Shown: piece by piece, positions 38,397 to 49,316 of the stretch
How positions within the stretch are numbered: the first letter of the stretch is position 1
How the letters are laid out: every line of letters starts with the position of its first letter
Assembly (NCBI GenBank): GCA_949284175.1
Contig: CASDVE010000012.1
Span: 12,906-76,905 of the forward strand
Length of the DNA: 64,000 bases
Direction: 5' to 3'
Source: an uncultured Eubacteriales bacterium
Lineage (GTDB): Bacteria; Bacillota; Clostridia; Lachnospirales; Lachnospiraceae
Made by a program: the position numbers and the translations under genes
The notes under the pieces: model-generated
What the model was told of the DNA's origin: nothing
Database searches by the model: none
The model's input: only the letters and a program-made list of their open reading frames with translations

Positions 38397-39482
38397 TTAT
38401 TTTTTCTCAATATATCCAAGGGCTTTTAACGCCTCTGCACAAAGAACAGCTCCACCTGCTGCACCTCTTACCGTATTATGAGATAATCCAATAAATTTAT
38501 AGTCATAAACACTATCTTCTCTTAAGCGTCCAACAGATACACCCATTCCTTTTTCAAAGGTCACATCTTCTAATACTTGTGGTCGATTATCCTCTTCTAA
38601 GTACTGAATAAACTGCTTTGGAGCACTAGGAAGTTCTAATTCTTGTGGCAATCCACGAAACTTCTCAAGTTTTTCAATCAATTGCTCTTTTGTAGGTTTC
38701 TTGCGAAACTTAACAAAAACTGCGGCAGTATGTCCATTTAAAACTGGTACACGCACACATTGACAGGTGATCTTTGGCTCTTGTGCCTTTACAATCACTC
38801 CATCTTTAATTTCTCCCCAAAGGCGAAGTGGTTCCTGTTCAGACTTCTCCTCTTCTCCTCCAATATATGGAATAATGTTGCCAACCATCTCTGGCCAATC
38901 TTTAAATGTTTTCCCTGCTCCTGAAATCGCTTGGTAAGTAGTTGCCACTACCTCATATGGTTCAAACTCTTTCCACGCTGTTAAAACAGGTGCATAGCTT
39001 TGAATGGAACAGTTTGGTTTTACTGCTACAAACCCACGCTTTGTATTCAGTCTTTGTTTTTGATATGGAATCACTTCAAAATGTTCTGGATTAATTTCCG
39101 GAACGACCATTGGAACGTCTGGTGTCCAGCGATGTGCACTGTTGTTGGATACAACTGGCGTTTCCGTCTTTGCATATGCCTCTTCAATGGCTTTGATTTC
39201 CTCTTTGCTCATATCAACAGCACTGAATACGAAATCCACATGTTTCGCTACTTCTTTCACTTCATTGACATTCATTACCACAATATTTTTCACAGCTTCT
39301 GGCATTTTTGTATCCATTTTCCAACGTTCTCCCACAGCCTCTTCATAGGTTTTACCAGCAGAACGCTCACTTGCTGCAATCACCACCACTTCAAACCAAG
39401 GGTGATTTTCTAATAGAGAGATAAATCTCTGTCCTACCATGCCAGTACCGCCTAAGATACCAACTCTTAATTTCTGTTCCAT
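38397..39482 (-). CDS. asd: Aspartate-semialdehyde dehydrogenase
   Basis: GILGGTGMVGQRF Rossmann motif and the catalytic CSIQ region. I prefer the ATG at 39482. Confidence 0.9.
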   Translation of the reverse strand: MEQKLRVGILGGTGMVGQRFISLLENHPWFEVVVIAASERSAGKTYEEAVGERWKMDTKMPEAVKNIVVMNVNEVKEVAKHVDFVFSAVDMSKEEIKAIEEAYAKTETPVVSNNSAHRWTPDVPMVVPEINPEHFEVIPYQKQRLNTKRGFVAVKPNCSIQSYAPVLTAWKEFEPYEVVATTYQAISGAGKTFKDWPEMVGNIIPYIGGEEEKSEQEPLRLWGEIKDGVIVKAQEPKITCQCVRVPVLNGHTAAVFVKFRKKPTKEQLIEKLEKFRGLPQELELPSAPKQFIQYLEEDNRPQVLEDVTFEKGMGVSVGRLREDSVYDYKFIGLSHNTVRGAAGGAVLCAEALKALGYIEKK

Positions 39483-39644
39483 TCTCCTTCTCTCCTTATA
39501 GCTCAATCTTATTTCTGCAATTCGTTTATACTACAATTGCAACTTTCTGTATGTTTCGTATCTTACATACGATTCACTGTAAAGTCAAGTAATTTTCATT
39601 CAGAATCACAATTTATAACCCCAAAGATTGTAAAAAGAATTTCT

Positions 39645-40808
39645 TTACTTAATAACACGCACTTTAACAACACCTGGTATTTGTTTTAACTTGTCAATTA
39701 ATTCTTTGGAAGGCTGGGTATCCGTATCCATCATCGTGTACGCCCAAGCATTTTTTGACTTATTTGTCATATCCGTAATATTGACTTCTTCTTCTCCAAA
39801 AAGAGCAGTGAACTGACTTAACATCTTTGGAATATTTTCATGTAAAATGGTAACACGAAAGGCTACTTGACAAATACCCATATCACAATCTGGATAATTC
39901 ACAGAATGTTTGATATTTCCATTTTCTAAATAATCCATCAGCTCTTTCACAGCCATTTTTGCACAGTTATCCTCTGCCTCCTCTGTGGATGCACCAAGAT
40001 GAGGTAGCGTAATCACGCCATCTTCTCCTGCAATTCCTGTGGTTGGAAAGTCTGTTACATAACGATGTACTTTGCCACTTCTTAGTCCTTTTTTCATAGC
40101 TTCTTCATCAACAAGAGCATCTCTTGAGAAGTTTAAAATGCAAACCCCATCTTTCATTTTATCAATGGCTTCTTGATTGATCATTTCTCTTGTGGAATCC
40201 AAAAGAGGAACGTGCATGGTAATAAAATCGCATTGTTCAAAAATTTCATTGATTTGGATGCTATGATGAATCCTCTTGGATAAGCTCCATGCAGCCTCTA
40301 CGGACACATAAGGATCGTATCCAAACACTTCCATTCCCATTCGGTCACACATATTCGCTACTAAAATTCCAATAGCTCCTAGACCGATAACCCCAATTTT
40401 CTTTCCTAAAATCTCATGTCCAGCAAATCGTTTCTTTTCTTTCTCTACATCTTTTGCCAGTGTTTCTCTTGTTTTATTCTCTTGTACCCAATTATATCCT
40501 GCAATCAAATCTCTTGAGGATAACAATAAGCCTGCCATCACAAGCTCTTTTACCGCATTTGCATTAGCTCCTGGTGTATTGAATACAACAATTCCTTCTT
40601 TAGCACATTGTGAAAGAGGAATATTATTGACCCCCGCCCCTGCTCTTGCAATGGCATTCAACTTCTTAGGTAATTCCATTTCATGTAAAGAAGCACTTCT
40701 TACAAGAAGAGCATCCGCTTGTTCTAACTCGTCTGTTAATTGATATTGTTCTGTCAACAAATCAGTTCCCACTTTAGAAATGGCATTCATGCACTTAATC
40801 TGATACAT
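39645..40808 (-). CDS. serA: D-3-phosphoglycerate dehydrogenase (with C-terminal ACT-like domain)
   Basis: GVIGLGAIG NAD motif and the 2-hydroxyacid dehydrogenase catalytic region. It is adjacent to serC. ATG at 40808 lies 7 nt after GGAGGG. Confidence 0.85.
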   Translation of the reverse strand: MYQIKCMNAISKVGTDLLTEQYQLTDELEQADALLVRSASLHEMELPKKLNAIARAGAGVNNIPLSQCAKEGIVVFNTPGANANAVKELVMAGLLLSSRDLIAGYNWVQENKTRETLAKDVEKEKKRFAGHEILGKKIGVIGLGAIGILVANMCDRMGMEVFGYDPYVSVEAAWSLSKRIHHSIQINEIFEQCDFITMHVPLLDSTREMINQEAIDKMKDGVCILNFSRDALVDEEAMKKGLRSGKVHRYVTDFPTTGIAGEDGVITLPHLGASTEEAEDNCAKMAVKELMDYLENGNIKHSVNYPDCDMGICQVAFRVTILHENIPKMLSQFTALFGEEEVNITDMTNKSKNAWAYTMMDTDTQPSKELIDKLKQIPGVVKVRVIK

Positions 40809-40825
40809 TATACTTCCCTCCATCT

Positions 40826-41917
40826 CTATTCTATGTTATTTTTTTCAAATTCTTTCATAAATTCTACAAGTTTTTGGACACCTTCTAATGGCATGGCATT
40901 GTAAATACTAGCTCTCATTCCACCAACGGTTCGATGTCCTTTTAAATTGGCAAATCCATTTTCACCAGCTTCTTTAATGAATTTGGCATTTAATTCATCG
41001 TTTCCTGTCACAAATGGCACATTCATCAAAGAGCGATATTCTTTTTCCACTGTCCCACGAAACAGTTTGCTTTCATCCAAGTAATCATAAAGAATACTCG
41101 CTTTCTTTTCGTTTCTCTGTTTCATAGCCACAAGACCACCTTGATCTTTCACCCATTGGAATACTTTTCCACAGATATAGATTCCATAAGCAGGTGGCGT
41201 ATTGTAAAGAGAATTGGCATCTGCATGGGTTTTATATCGAAGCATGGTTGGTGTTCTTTCTAACACCTCGTCTGTTATCAAATCTTTTCTTATAATCACG
41301 CCAACAACACCTGCTGGTCCTACATTTTTTTGAGCTCCAAAATAAATCAATCCATACTTTTCAATGTCCACTGGCTCTGAAAGAATAGAAGATGACATAT
41401 CCGCAACTAAGACTTTTCCTTTTGTATTTGGAATCTCCTTAAATGTGGTTCCATAAATCGTATTATTATGACAAATATGTACGTAATCCGCATCTTTAGA
41501 GATATTCAAATCTGAACAGTCTGGAATGTAGGTAAACATTCTGTCCTCAGACGATGCAATCGCGTTTGCCTTTCCATAAATCTGTGCTTCTTTATACGCT
41601 TTTTTCGCCCATTGTCCAGTGATGATGTAATCAGCAACTCGATTCTTCATCAAGTTCATTGGAACCATTGCAAATTGCTGATGTGCTCCGCCCTGTAAGA
41701 ACAGAACCTTATAATCTTCCGGAACGTTCAGCAATTCTCTAAGAGTATTTTCTGCGTGTTCCATAATTCCTTCAAATGCTTTCGAACGATGGCTCATCTC
41801 CATAACAGACATTCCAGTTCCTTTGTAGTCAAGCATTTCTTCTGCTGCCGAACGTAATACTTCCTCCGGCAATATTGCTGGTCCCGCTGAAAAATTATAA
41901 ATTCTTCCCACTTCCAT
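40826..41917 (-). CDS. serC: Phosphoserine aminotransferase
   Basis: YNFSAGPAILPEEVL N-terminus and the AQKNVGPAG PLP-lysine motif. Confidence 0.9.
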   Translation of the reverse strand: MEVGRIYNFSAGPAILPEEVLRSAAEEMLDYKGTGMSVMEMSHRSKAFEGIMEHAENTLRELLNVPEDYKVLFLQGGAHQQFAMVPMNLMKNRVADYIITGQWAKKAYKEAQIYGKANAIASSEDRMFTYIPDCSDLNISKDADYVHICHNNTIYGTTFKEIPNTKGKVLVADMSSSILSEPVDIEKYGLIYFGAQKNVGPAGVVGVIIRKDLITDEVLERTPTMLRYKTHADANSLYNTPPAYGIYICGKVFQWVKDQGGLVAMKQRNEKKASILYDYLDESKLFRGTVEKEYRSLMNVPFVTGNDELNAKFIKEAGENGFANLKGHRTVGGMRASIYNAMPLEGVQKLVEFMKEFEKNNIE

Positions 41918-42143
41918 GTTCCTCCTTTTTCCTATTTCTTATACTATCACTCTTCTACTCTATTAGTCCAATAAAGTGTGATTGCGTACAATTGTACTCC
42001 ATCCAAATACATTCGTCAACTATTTTTTTCATTATTTGTCAATAATTACATATTTTTATTAAAAATTTCCGAAATTTATTTTATATTTTAAATATTGTTG
42101 TATAATTTTTTATTCCAATATTCTTGTATACATCTATCACTCA

Positions 42144-42186
42144 TAAAAAAAAGCCCAATATTCCCATCAAATATTAGGCTTTTTTC
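42144..42186. terminator. Terminator downstream of ilvB (bidirectional shape)
   Basis: AGCCCAATAT / ATATTAGGCT stem (one G-U on the minus-strand RNA) flanked by A8 and T6. Confidence 0.7.
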
Positions 42187-42209
42187 TTTCGTATCTATAT
42201 GCAAACGTA

Positions 42210-43880
42210 TTATAAATCCTCTTCTGAGAACGTATCTTGAATAGACGTACCCGGAGCACACATCGGCCATACTTTATCGTCAGAATCCAACATACATTCA
42301 ATGACAACAGGCATTTTCTCTGTGATAGCCTTTTTAAATGCTTCTTCAAATTCCTCCATTGTTTCCACTCTAGTTGCTATGGCACCAAGCCCTTCTGCTA
42401 CCTTCACAAAATCCACTTTATCCAAAAGATTGGTATAAGAATATCTCTGCTCATAAAAAAGAGTTTGCCATTGACGCACCATGCCTAGAACATGGTTGTT
42501 AAATATGATCTCGATCACTGGAATTTCATATCTTGATAAGGTAGCAAGTTCATTCATATTCATACGAAAACATCCATCTCCTGCGATGTTGATCACCCGT
42601 TTATCAGGACAGCCAATTTTTGCACCCATACTGGCTCCAAGTCCATATCCCATAGTTCCAAGCCCACCAGAGCTTAAAAAGGTTCTCGGATACCGATAAT
42701 GGAAAAATTGAGCCGCCCACATCTGATGCTGTCCCACTTCCGTTGTGATAATCGCATCTCCACCAGTTATTTCATCAATTTTTTCAATAATAGAAGGCCC
42801 GCATAATTTGGTCTTTTTATAAGTAAGCGGATATTTCTCCTTTAACTCCATAATATGCGTCACCCACTCTTCATGGCTTTGCTGTTCTAAACGACGATTT
42901 AGCTCTTCTAAAACATATTTAATATCGCCAATTACACTGACATCCGATACTTTATTTTTATTCACTTCAGCTGGATCCACATCGATCTGTAATATCTTTG
43001 CATTCATTGCAAAACGATCTGGCACTGCACAAACCCGATCACTAAATCTAGCACCTAATACAATTAGTAAATCGCTTTCTGTGACCCCTAGATTGGATGT
43101 TTTTGTTCCGTGCATTCCGATCATACCCGTATAATAAGAAGAACGACCATCAAAAGCACCTTTTCCCATCAACGTATCACATACAGGTGCATCAACTTTT
43201 TGTACAAATTCTGCCAATGCTTCGCTTGCTTCAGAGAGAATTGCCCCTCCTCCTACCATAATATATGGTTTCTTTGCCTCTTTTATCATAGAAATCGCTT
43301 TTTCTAAATCCGATTCCCGAATGTGCTTTGTAATAGGAACGACTGGATCAATCACTTTTGGCTCATACTCTGTTACGGATGCTGTGACATCTTTTGTAAT
43401 ATCCACAAGTACAGGTCCTGGTCTTCCACTCTTTGCAATGGAAAACGCCTTTCGAATCGTATCAGCTAGCTCACAAATATCTTTGACGATATAACTGTGT
43501 TTAATAATGGGCATCACAACCCCTGCAATATCCACCTCTTGAAAACTATCTTTCCCTAAAATGGATACGGCAACATTGGCTGTAATGGCAACAATTGGAA
43601 TGGAATCCATATAAGCAGTTGCAATCCCTGTCACAAGGTTTGTCGCTCCGGGTCCTGACGTTGCCATACAGACACCAACTTTTCCAGTAGCTCTTGCATA
43701 CCCATCCGCCGCATGAGCTGCTCCTTGCTCATGGCTTGTTAAAATATGCCGAATATCCTTTTGTTTATATAGTGCATCATAAATATTTAAAATGCTACCA
43801 CCGGGATACCCAAATACAGTATCAACTCCTTGTTCTTTTAAACACTCTATTACTATTTCTGAACCAGTTAATTGCTTCAT
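42210..43880 (-). CDS. ilvB: Acetolactate synthase large subunit
   Basis: ThDP enzyme motifs (GYPGGSIL, GGLGTMGYGLGA, IAGDG...MN); 556 aa. Confidence 0.9.
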   Translation of the reverse strand: MKQLTGSEIVIECLKEQGVDTVFGYPGGSILNIYDALYKQKDIRHILTSHEQGAAHAADGYARATGKVGVCMATSGPGATNLVTGIATAYMDSIPIVAITANVAVSILGKDSFQEVDIAGVVMPIIKHSYIVKDICELADTIRKAFSIAKSGRPGPVLVDITKDVTASVTEYEPKVIDPVVPITKHIRESDLEKAISMIKEAKKPYIMVGGGAILSEASEALAEFVQKVDAPVCDTLMGKGAFDGRSSYYTGMIGMHGTKTSNLGVTESDLLIVLGARFSDRVCAVPDRFAMNAKILQIDVDPAEVNKNKVSDVSVIGDIKYVLEELNRRLEQQSHEEWVTHIMELKEKYPLTYKKTKLCGPSIIEKIDEITGGDAIITTEVGQHQMWAAQFFHYRYPRTFLSSGGLGTMGYGLGASMGAKIGCPDKRVINIAGDGCFRMNMNELATLSRYEIPVIEIIFNNHVLGMVRQWQTLFYEQRYSYTNLLDKVDFVKVAEGLGAIATRVETMEEFEEAFKKAITEKMPVVIECMLDSDDKVWPMCAPGTSIQDTFSEEDL

Positions 43881-43930
43881 TCTCTCGCCTCCTTGTCAAA
43901 TGTTTTCACTGTCTTATCGCAAACGTTATT

Positions 43931-45601
43931 CTATTTTTTCGGAACCTCGAGAATGGCTCCTCTGTTTCCAGATGTAACCATAGACGCATAGCGAGCGAGA
44001 TAACCAGTTGTCACCTTAGGTTCTCTTGGTGTCCATGCTTTTCTTCTTCTCTCTAACTCTTCATCAGAAACTTTCATATTTAACTGATTATTTGGAATAT
44101 CAATGGAAATGATATCTCCTTCTTCCACCAAAGCGATTGGCCCACCAACGGCTGCCTCTGGAGATACATGCCCAATGACAGCACCTCTTGAAGCACCAGA
44201 AAACCGTCCATCTGTAATAAGAGCAACGGAAGAACCAAGCCCCATTCCCATAATGGCAGATGTTGGATTCAACATCTCTCTCATACCTGGACCACCTTTT
44301 GGCCCTTCATATCGAATGATAATAACATCCCCTTCATGAATCTGTCCTCCTTTGATGGCACAAATGGCATCATCCTCACAATCAAACACCCTAGCTGGAC
44401 CTTCATGGACAAGCATTTCATCGGCAACCGCAGAGCGTTTTACAATGCCTGTATCCGGTGCAAGATTTCCTTTCAATACCGCAATTCCACCTGTGGCACT
44501 ATATGGATGATCGATTGGACGAATCACTTCTGGGTCTTTATTTTCACACCCTTTTATATTCTCTCCAATGGTCTTACCTGTCACTGTTAAAGCATCTGTA
44601 TGTAATAACTGTTTTTTATTAAGCTCATTCATAACAGCATACACACCACCAGCTTCGTTTAATTCTTCGATATAGGTACGACCTGCTGGAGCTAAATGGC
44701 AAAGATTTGGCGTTTTCGCACTGATTTCATTGGCAATCTCCATATCCAATTTCACCCCTGCTTCATGAGCGATGGCAGGAAGATGGAGCATGGAGTTGGT
44801 AGAGCATCCAAGTGCCATATCCACCGTCATGGCATTGAAAAATGCCTTTTCTGTCATAATATCCTTTGGACAAATATTATTGCGGACAAGTTCCATAACT
44901 TGCATTCCCGCCATCTTGGCAAGACGGATTCTTTCAGAATATACAGCTGGAATCGTTCCATTTCCTTTTAATCCCATTCCAAGAGCTTCGGTTAAACAGT
45001 TCATACTATTTGCTGTATACATTCCAGAACATGAGCCACAGGTCGGACAAGTTTTTTCTTCCATCTCCTTAAATTCTTCTTCTGTCATTGTTCCAGCAGT
45101 ATAAGAACCTACGGCTTCAAACATACTGGATAAACTTGTCTTACATCCATTGACTTTCCCCGCCAACATAGGTCCACCACTTACAAAAATGGTTGGAATA
45201 TTCACTCTAGCAGCTGCCATTAACAGCCCTGGAACGTTTTTATCACAATTTGGAACCATAACAAGACCATCAAATTGATGTGCAATTGCCATGGCTTCCG
45301 TAGAATCACAGATCAGATCTCTTGTCACAAGGGAATATTTCATTCCAATATGTCCCATGGCAATTCCATCACAGACCGCAATAGCAGGGAACACAACTGG
45401 TGTACCACCAGCCATTGCAACCCCCAATTTTACCGCATCCACAATCTTATCAAGATTCATATGCCCTGGCACAATTTCGTTATAGGAGCTAACAATCCCG
45501 ATCATCGGGCGTTTCATCTCTTCGTCTGTATGTCCTAATGCACGGAATAAAGAACGTCCCGGTGCTTGTTGATCTCCTTTTCTTGCATTATCACTTATCA
45601 T
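43931..45601 (-). CDS. ilvD: Dihydroxy-acid dehydratase
   Basis: [19 protein letters not shown]-like ([13 protein letters not shown]) and [10 protein letters not shown] motifs. Confidence 0.95.
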   Translation of the reverse strand: MISDNARKGDQQAPGRSLFRALGHTDEEMKRPMIGIVSSYNEIVPGHMNLDKIVDAVKLGVAMAGGTPVVFPAIAVCDGIAMGHIGMKYSLVTRDLICDSTEAMAIAHQFDGLVMVPNCDKNVPGLLMAAARVNIPTIFVSGGPMLAGKVNGCKTSLSSMFEAVGSYTAGTMTEEEFKEMEEKTCPTCGSCSGMYTANSMNCLTEALGMGLKGNGTIPAVYSERIRLAKMAGMQVMELVRNNICPKDIMTEKAFFNAMTVDMALGCSTNSMLHLPAIAHEAGVKLDMEIANEISAKTPNLCHLAPAGRTYIEELNEAGGVYAVMNELNKKQLLHTDALTVTGKTIGENIKGCENKDPEVIRPIDHPYSATGGIAVLKGNLAPDTGIVKRSAVADEMLVHEGPARVFDCEDDAICAIKGGQIHEGDVIIIRYEGPKGGPGMREMLNPTSAIMGMGLGSSVALITDGRFSGASRGAVIGHVSPEAAVGGPIALVEEGDIISIDIPNNQLNMKVSDEELERRRKAWTPREPKVTTGYLARYASMVTSGNRGAILEVPKK

Positions 45602-45662
45602 AGCATTTCCCTCTTTCTTTTAAAAACTATTATTTTTATTCATCTTACATATTTAGATAGGA

Positions 45663-46760
45663 TCAAAGATTCTCAATTGTCTGTGCAATGACATCGCCCA
45701 TCTCTTTCGTTCCCACCAATCTTTGTCCTTCTGACATAATATCCGTCGTGCGATATCCTTCTTCTAATACCTTTTGAACCGCTTGCTCTATGGCATCCGC
45801 TTCCTGATCCAAATCAAAGGAATAGCGTAACATCATAGCAGCAGATAAAATCGTAGCAATTGGATTGGCAATATTTTTTCCTGCAATATCCGGTGCAGAA
45901 CCATGACTTGGTTCATATAAACCAAATTTATCTTCTCTTAAACTGGCAGAAGACAACATTCCAATGGAACCAGTTACCATGCTAGCTTCATCGGACAAAA
46001 TATCTCCAAACATATTTTCTGTTAAAATAACATCGAATTGAGCCGGATCTCTTACTAACTGCATGGCACAGTTATCAACAAGCATATGCTCTAAGGTCAC
46101 GTCTTGATACTCTTTTGCCACTTCTGAAACAACAGCTCTCCAAAGTCTTGAAGAATCTAAAACATTTGCCTTATCCACACTTGTTACTTTTTTCTTCCGC
46201 TTTCTAGCGATGTCAAATCCACGAATGGCAATTCTTCGAATTTCGTTTTCGTCGTAAGTAAGAGTATCCGTTGCTTTCCTTACCCCATCGACTTCTTCTG
46301 TCTTTCGTTCTCCAAAGTAAAGCCCTCCTGTCAGTTCACGCATAATGACCATATCAAATCCTTCTTTTGAAATCTCTTCTTTTAAAGGGCAGGCTTTCGC
46401 TAATTCTTTATATAAATATGCTGGACGAATGTTAGCAAATAATCCAAGCTCCTTGCGGATTTTTAATAATCCTGCTTCAGGACGCAAGGCAGGTGGTAAC
46501 TGATACCAAGGGGATGTTGTTGTATTTCCTCCAATAGAGCCCATAAGCACAGCATCACTCTCTTTTGCGATTTGCAATGCTTCATCGGATAAAGGGACTC
46601 CATAGGCATCAATGGAAGCACCTCCTAATAAAATCTGTGAATAACAAAATTGATGTCCATATTTTTTCCCAACCACATCAAGCACCTTCATTGCCTCTTC
46701 CACAATTTCTGGTCCAATTCCATCACCTTTAATTACTGCAATATTACAATTCATGTCCAT
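45663..46760 (-). CDS. leuB: 3-isopropylmalate dehydrogenase
   Basis: [14 protein letters not shown]-terminus and [13 protein letters not shown] motif. Confidence 0.95.
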   Translation of the reverse strand: MDMNCNIAVIKGDGIGPEIVEEAMKVLDVVGKKYGHQFCYSQILLGGASIDAYGVPLSDEALQIAKESDAVLMGSIGGNTTTSPWYQLPPALRPEAGLLKIRKELGLFANIRPAYLYKELAKACPLKEEISKEGFDMVIMRELTGGLYFGERKTEEVDGVRKATDTLTYDENEIRRIAIRGFDIARKRKKKVTSVDKANVLDSSRLWRAVVSEVAKEYQDVTLEHMLVDNCAMQLVRDPAQFDVILTENMFGDILSDEASMVTGSIGMLSSASLREDKFGLYEPSHGSAPDIAGKNIANPIATILSAAMMLRYSFDLDQEADAIEQAVQKVLEEGYRTTDIMSEGQRLVGTKEMGDVIAQTIENL

Positions 46761-46781
46761 TTCCTCCCTTTTTTCAACTCT

Positions 46782-49028
46782 TTAAAGAGAAATCCTCTTT
46801 ACTTCTGACATTTCGCCATATACTTTTTTTCCTTTTACAATGGTAAATGCTCGAACAGAATAATAATAAGTTCTGCCCTTTTTTAGTTCTGTATGATAAC
46901 AGCCTAAAATTCTGGAATCAAACGATGCAAACGCTCGCATTTTTTCTTCTTTTTTCGTTTTATAATAAACAATATATCCATCGGCTTCTGGAACTCGTTC
47001 CCATGACAAATCCACACTGGTCTTTCCTTTTTTCTTAACGGACAACTGTGTCTTGCTCGGTGCACCTGTCAGCACCACTTTTATTGTATTGGAATCTTTA
47101 CCATAGATCTTTTTATCATGATAGAAACGATATGTCCTCACTTTATAATAATACGTCTTTCCTTTTGTTAAGTTAATGTTGACATATCCCTTTGCCTTTT
47201 CACTGGCGGTAGCAATTTTTTTAAACGTTCCATTCTTTGTAGTCGCACGATAAATTTCATATCCTGCACTTTCTTCCACCCGATCCCAAAGCAATTTGAT
47301 CTGTGTTGGAGATATGGCTTCTCCGCTTAAGGAAACACTATCAGGTTTTTCTGGAGATACTTTCCATTTCGCATACAGTGTCATATTATTAGCCGGCATT
47401 TTCGAAGTGGCTTGATATTTTTTTCCTTTTCCATTTTCTTTTGTATACCAGCCTACAAAACGATATTCCTTTTTTTTCGGAACTGGAAGCTCTCCTAACA
47501 TTTTTTTATAAGAAACGACCTTTTTTTGACTTCCCTGTAATTCCCCTCCACAGGTGTCAAAGAAAATGGTATAGTTATTGGTTTTCCACTCTGGATATAA
47601 AACAATATTTTGGGTTGCAATCTTTGAAAAATCCCATTCTGTTCCATAGACAGCATCCATCCATTTCACAAAGGTATATCCCTTCTTCTTTAACAGACTT
47701 GGTAAGGACATATGCCCATTCTTCCTTACAAGAAACGTATCTGCCAGCATTCCATTTTTTTCTTGCAATATGGATACCCTGTAAAACAAATCAGATTCTT
47801 CATATTCTAAAATAGGATATCCACTTTCTGTCTTTTTCTTATCTTTGAAACAGTACAGTTTTAAATTATTATCACATCCAGTAAGTGCATCCATCATAAT
47901 GATAGGAGCATCACCAAGACAATATATCTTTTCTAAACCACTACAATTTTTAAAAAGCCCAGGATAAAGAAACACTATTTTGTCCGGAAGAACTATTTCC
48001 TTTAGTGAAACGCAATCCGCAAAAGCATAAGGTCCAATCTTTTCCATATTGGTTCCAAAGACGACTTCTTCTAACCGTACACAATTTCCAAAGGTATTGT
48101 TCTCGTTATACTCATTGCTTTCCAACACTTCTAAACTATTTGGAAATACAATGGATGTAAGACTTTGACATTGATAAAACGCTCCTGCATTGATCTTCTT
48201 TAACTGCATGGGGAGTGGAATCGTTTTTAAATTGGTACAAAAAGAAAATGCCTTGCTCCCAATCTCTTCCACCGTATCTGGTAAATAGATTTCTCTTAAA
48301 CTTGTACATCCATAAAAACTATTAGATGGAAGCAATGTCATTCCAGTTCCAATATTCACCGTTTCTAATCCAGTGCATTCAGAAAAGACATCACCATAAA
48401 TTCCCGTACTATCTTCAGAATACAGTTTCTGAAATCCATTTGGCAATGTAACTTCTTTTAGACTTTTGCATCGATAAAATGCCATCTGCCCAATGGAAAC
48501 AAGCCCTGTCCCAAACTGTATGGTATGTAAAGCAGTATCCTCATAAAAAGCTCGTTTTCCTATGGATTTTAAGGTATTTGGAAACTGTGCGTTTTCAAGA
48601 GCTTGGCAATTGGAGAACGCATGATCGCCTATGCTTTGTAGTTGGCTTGCACGAAAATCAACAGATTTTAAATTACTGCATTCTAAAAAAGCATTATCTC
48701 CAATCTCTTTTAAAAAACTTCCATTTCTAACTTGAATCTGTTCAATTTGTGTATTTCCCATAAAGGCGTAGTCTGCAATTGCTATCACAGGTTTTCCATC
48801 GATCTTCGTAGGGATTCTTACTATTTTTTCATTTCCTTTGTATCCAACAATTCGCAATCCCTCATCCACACCTAAAACGTTTGTGTACTCAAAGTCTTCC
48901 ACTGAGTTCTTTGCTAATGATTGCTCTTCTTGCATACGAAAAGGCTCTCCATAGACTGGTATGGAAAAGAGTATCATAAAACAGATACTCATCATAAAAC
49001 CAAACCTCTTCTTTTTCATCAGTTTCAC
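46782..49028 (-). CDS. Secreted BspA-type leucine-rich-repeat protein with Listeria-Bacteroides (Flg_new) repeats and two FN3-like domains
   Basis: Signal peptide; more than 10 repeats of the ...IG..AF..C..L..I.. type; GYTFVKW/YRFVGWY repeats; C-terminal GYEIYRA / GYIVYYK FN3-like modules. Confidence 0.8.
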   Translation of the reverse strand: MKLMKKKRFGFMMSICFMILFSIPVYGEPFRMQEEQSLAKNSVEDFEYTNVLGVDEGLRIVGYKGNEKIVRIPTKIDGKPVIAIADYAFMGNTQIEQIQVRNGSFLKEIGDNAFLECSNLKSVDFRASQLQSIGDHAFSNCQALENAQFPNTLKSIGKRAFYEDTALHTIQFGTGLVSIGQMAFYRCKSLKEVTLPNGFQKLYSEDSTGIYGDVFSECTGLETVNIGTGMTLLPSNSFYGCTSLREIYLPDTVEEIGSKAFSFCTNLKTIPLPMQLKKINAGAFYQCQSLTSIVFPNSLEVLESNEYNENNTFGNCVRLEEVVFGTNMEKIGPYAFADCVSLKEIVLPDKIVFLYPGLFKNCSGLEKIYCLGDAPIIMMDALTGCDNNLKLYCFKDKKKTESGYPILEYEESDLFYRVSILQEKNGMLADTFLVRKNGHMSLPSLLKKKGYTFVKWMDAVYGTEWDFSKIATQNIVLYPEWKTNNYTIFFDTCGGELQGSQKKVVSYKKMLGELPVPKKKEYRFVGWYTKENGKGKKYQATSKMPANNMTLYAKWKVSPEKPDSVSLSGEAISPTQIKLLWDRVEESAGYEIYRATTKNGTFKKIATASEKAKGYVNINLTKGKTYYYKVRTYRFYHDKKIYGKDSNTIKVVLTGAPSKTQLSVKKKGKTSVDLSWERVPEADGYIVYYKTKKEEKMRAFASFDSRILGCYHTELKKGRTYYYSVRAFTIVKGKKVYGEMSEVKRISL

Positions 49029-49136
49029 ATCCCTTCTTCGCTTTTATACTACTAATTTATCTTGGCAGTGCAAAAAAGTGAAACTCTTGTTGTTATTTTA
49101 TCATATTTTCTGATATAATAGAAGATAGATATTTTA

Positions 49137-49160
49137 TATAACTACTATAACTACAAGTTA
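49137..49160. promoter_or_regulatory. Candidate LysR-type (T-N11-A-like) binding site
   Basis: ATAACT-N12-AGTTAT inverted repeat in the divergent region between the LysR gene and the LRR/leuB transcription unit. Confidence 0.35.
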
Positions 49161-49316
49161 TCTTTAATGATTTCTGCCAATTTTAAAAGTTGTATATTCG
49201 ATTATGATATAACCAACTATCTTTTTATATATTGTTATCATACCATATTATACAAACTTTTTCATGATTCTTTATACAATAGACGGAAAACTGAAAGAAA
49301 ATAGGAGGATTTCTTT

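Noticed and set aside
38123-38494. 123-aa plus-strand ORF spanning the GGDEF gene start, the intergenic region and the asd 3' end.
   Set aside because: It crosses the asd terminator hairpin and overlaps two real genes in antisense. It has no RBS and is considered spurious.
41918-42143. Possible amino-acid-responsive leader (T-box or attenuator) upstream of serC.
   Set aside because: I see only a plausible promoter (TTGACG ... TACAAT on the minus strand) and A/T-rich sequence. There is no T-box motif, specifier structure or terminator/antiterminator pair.
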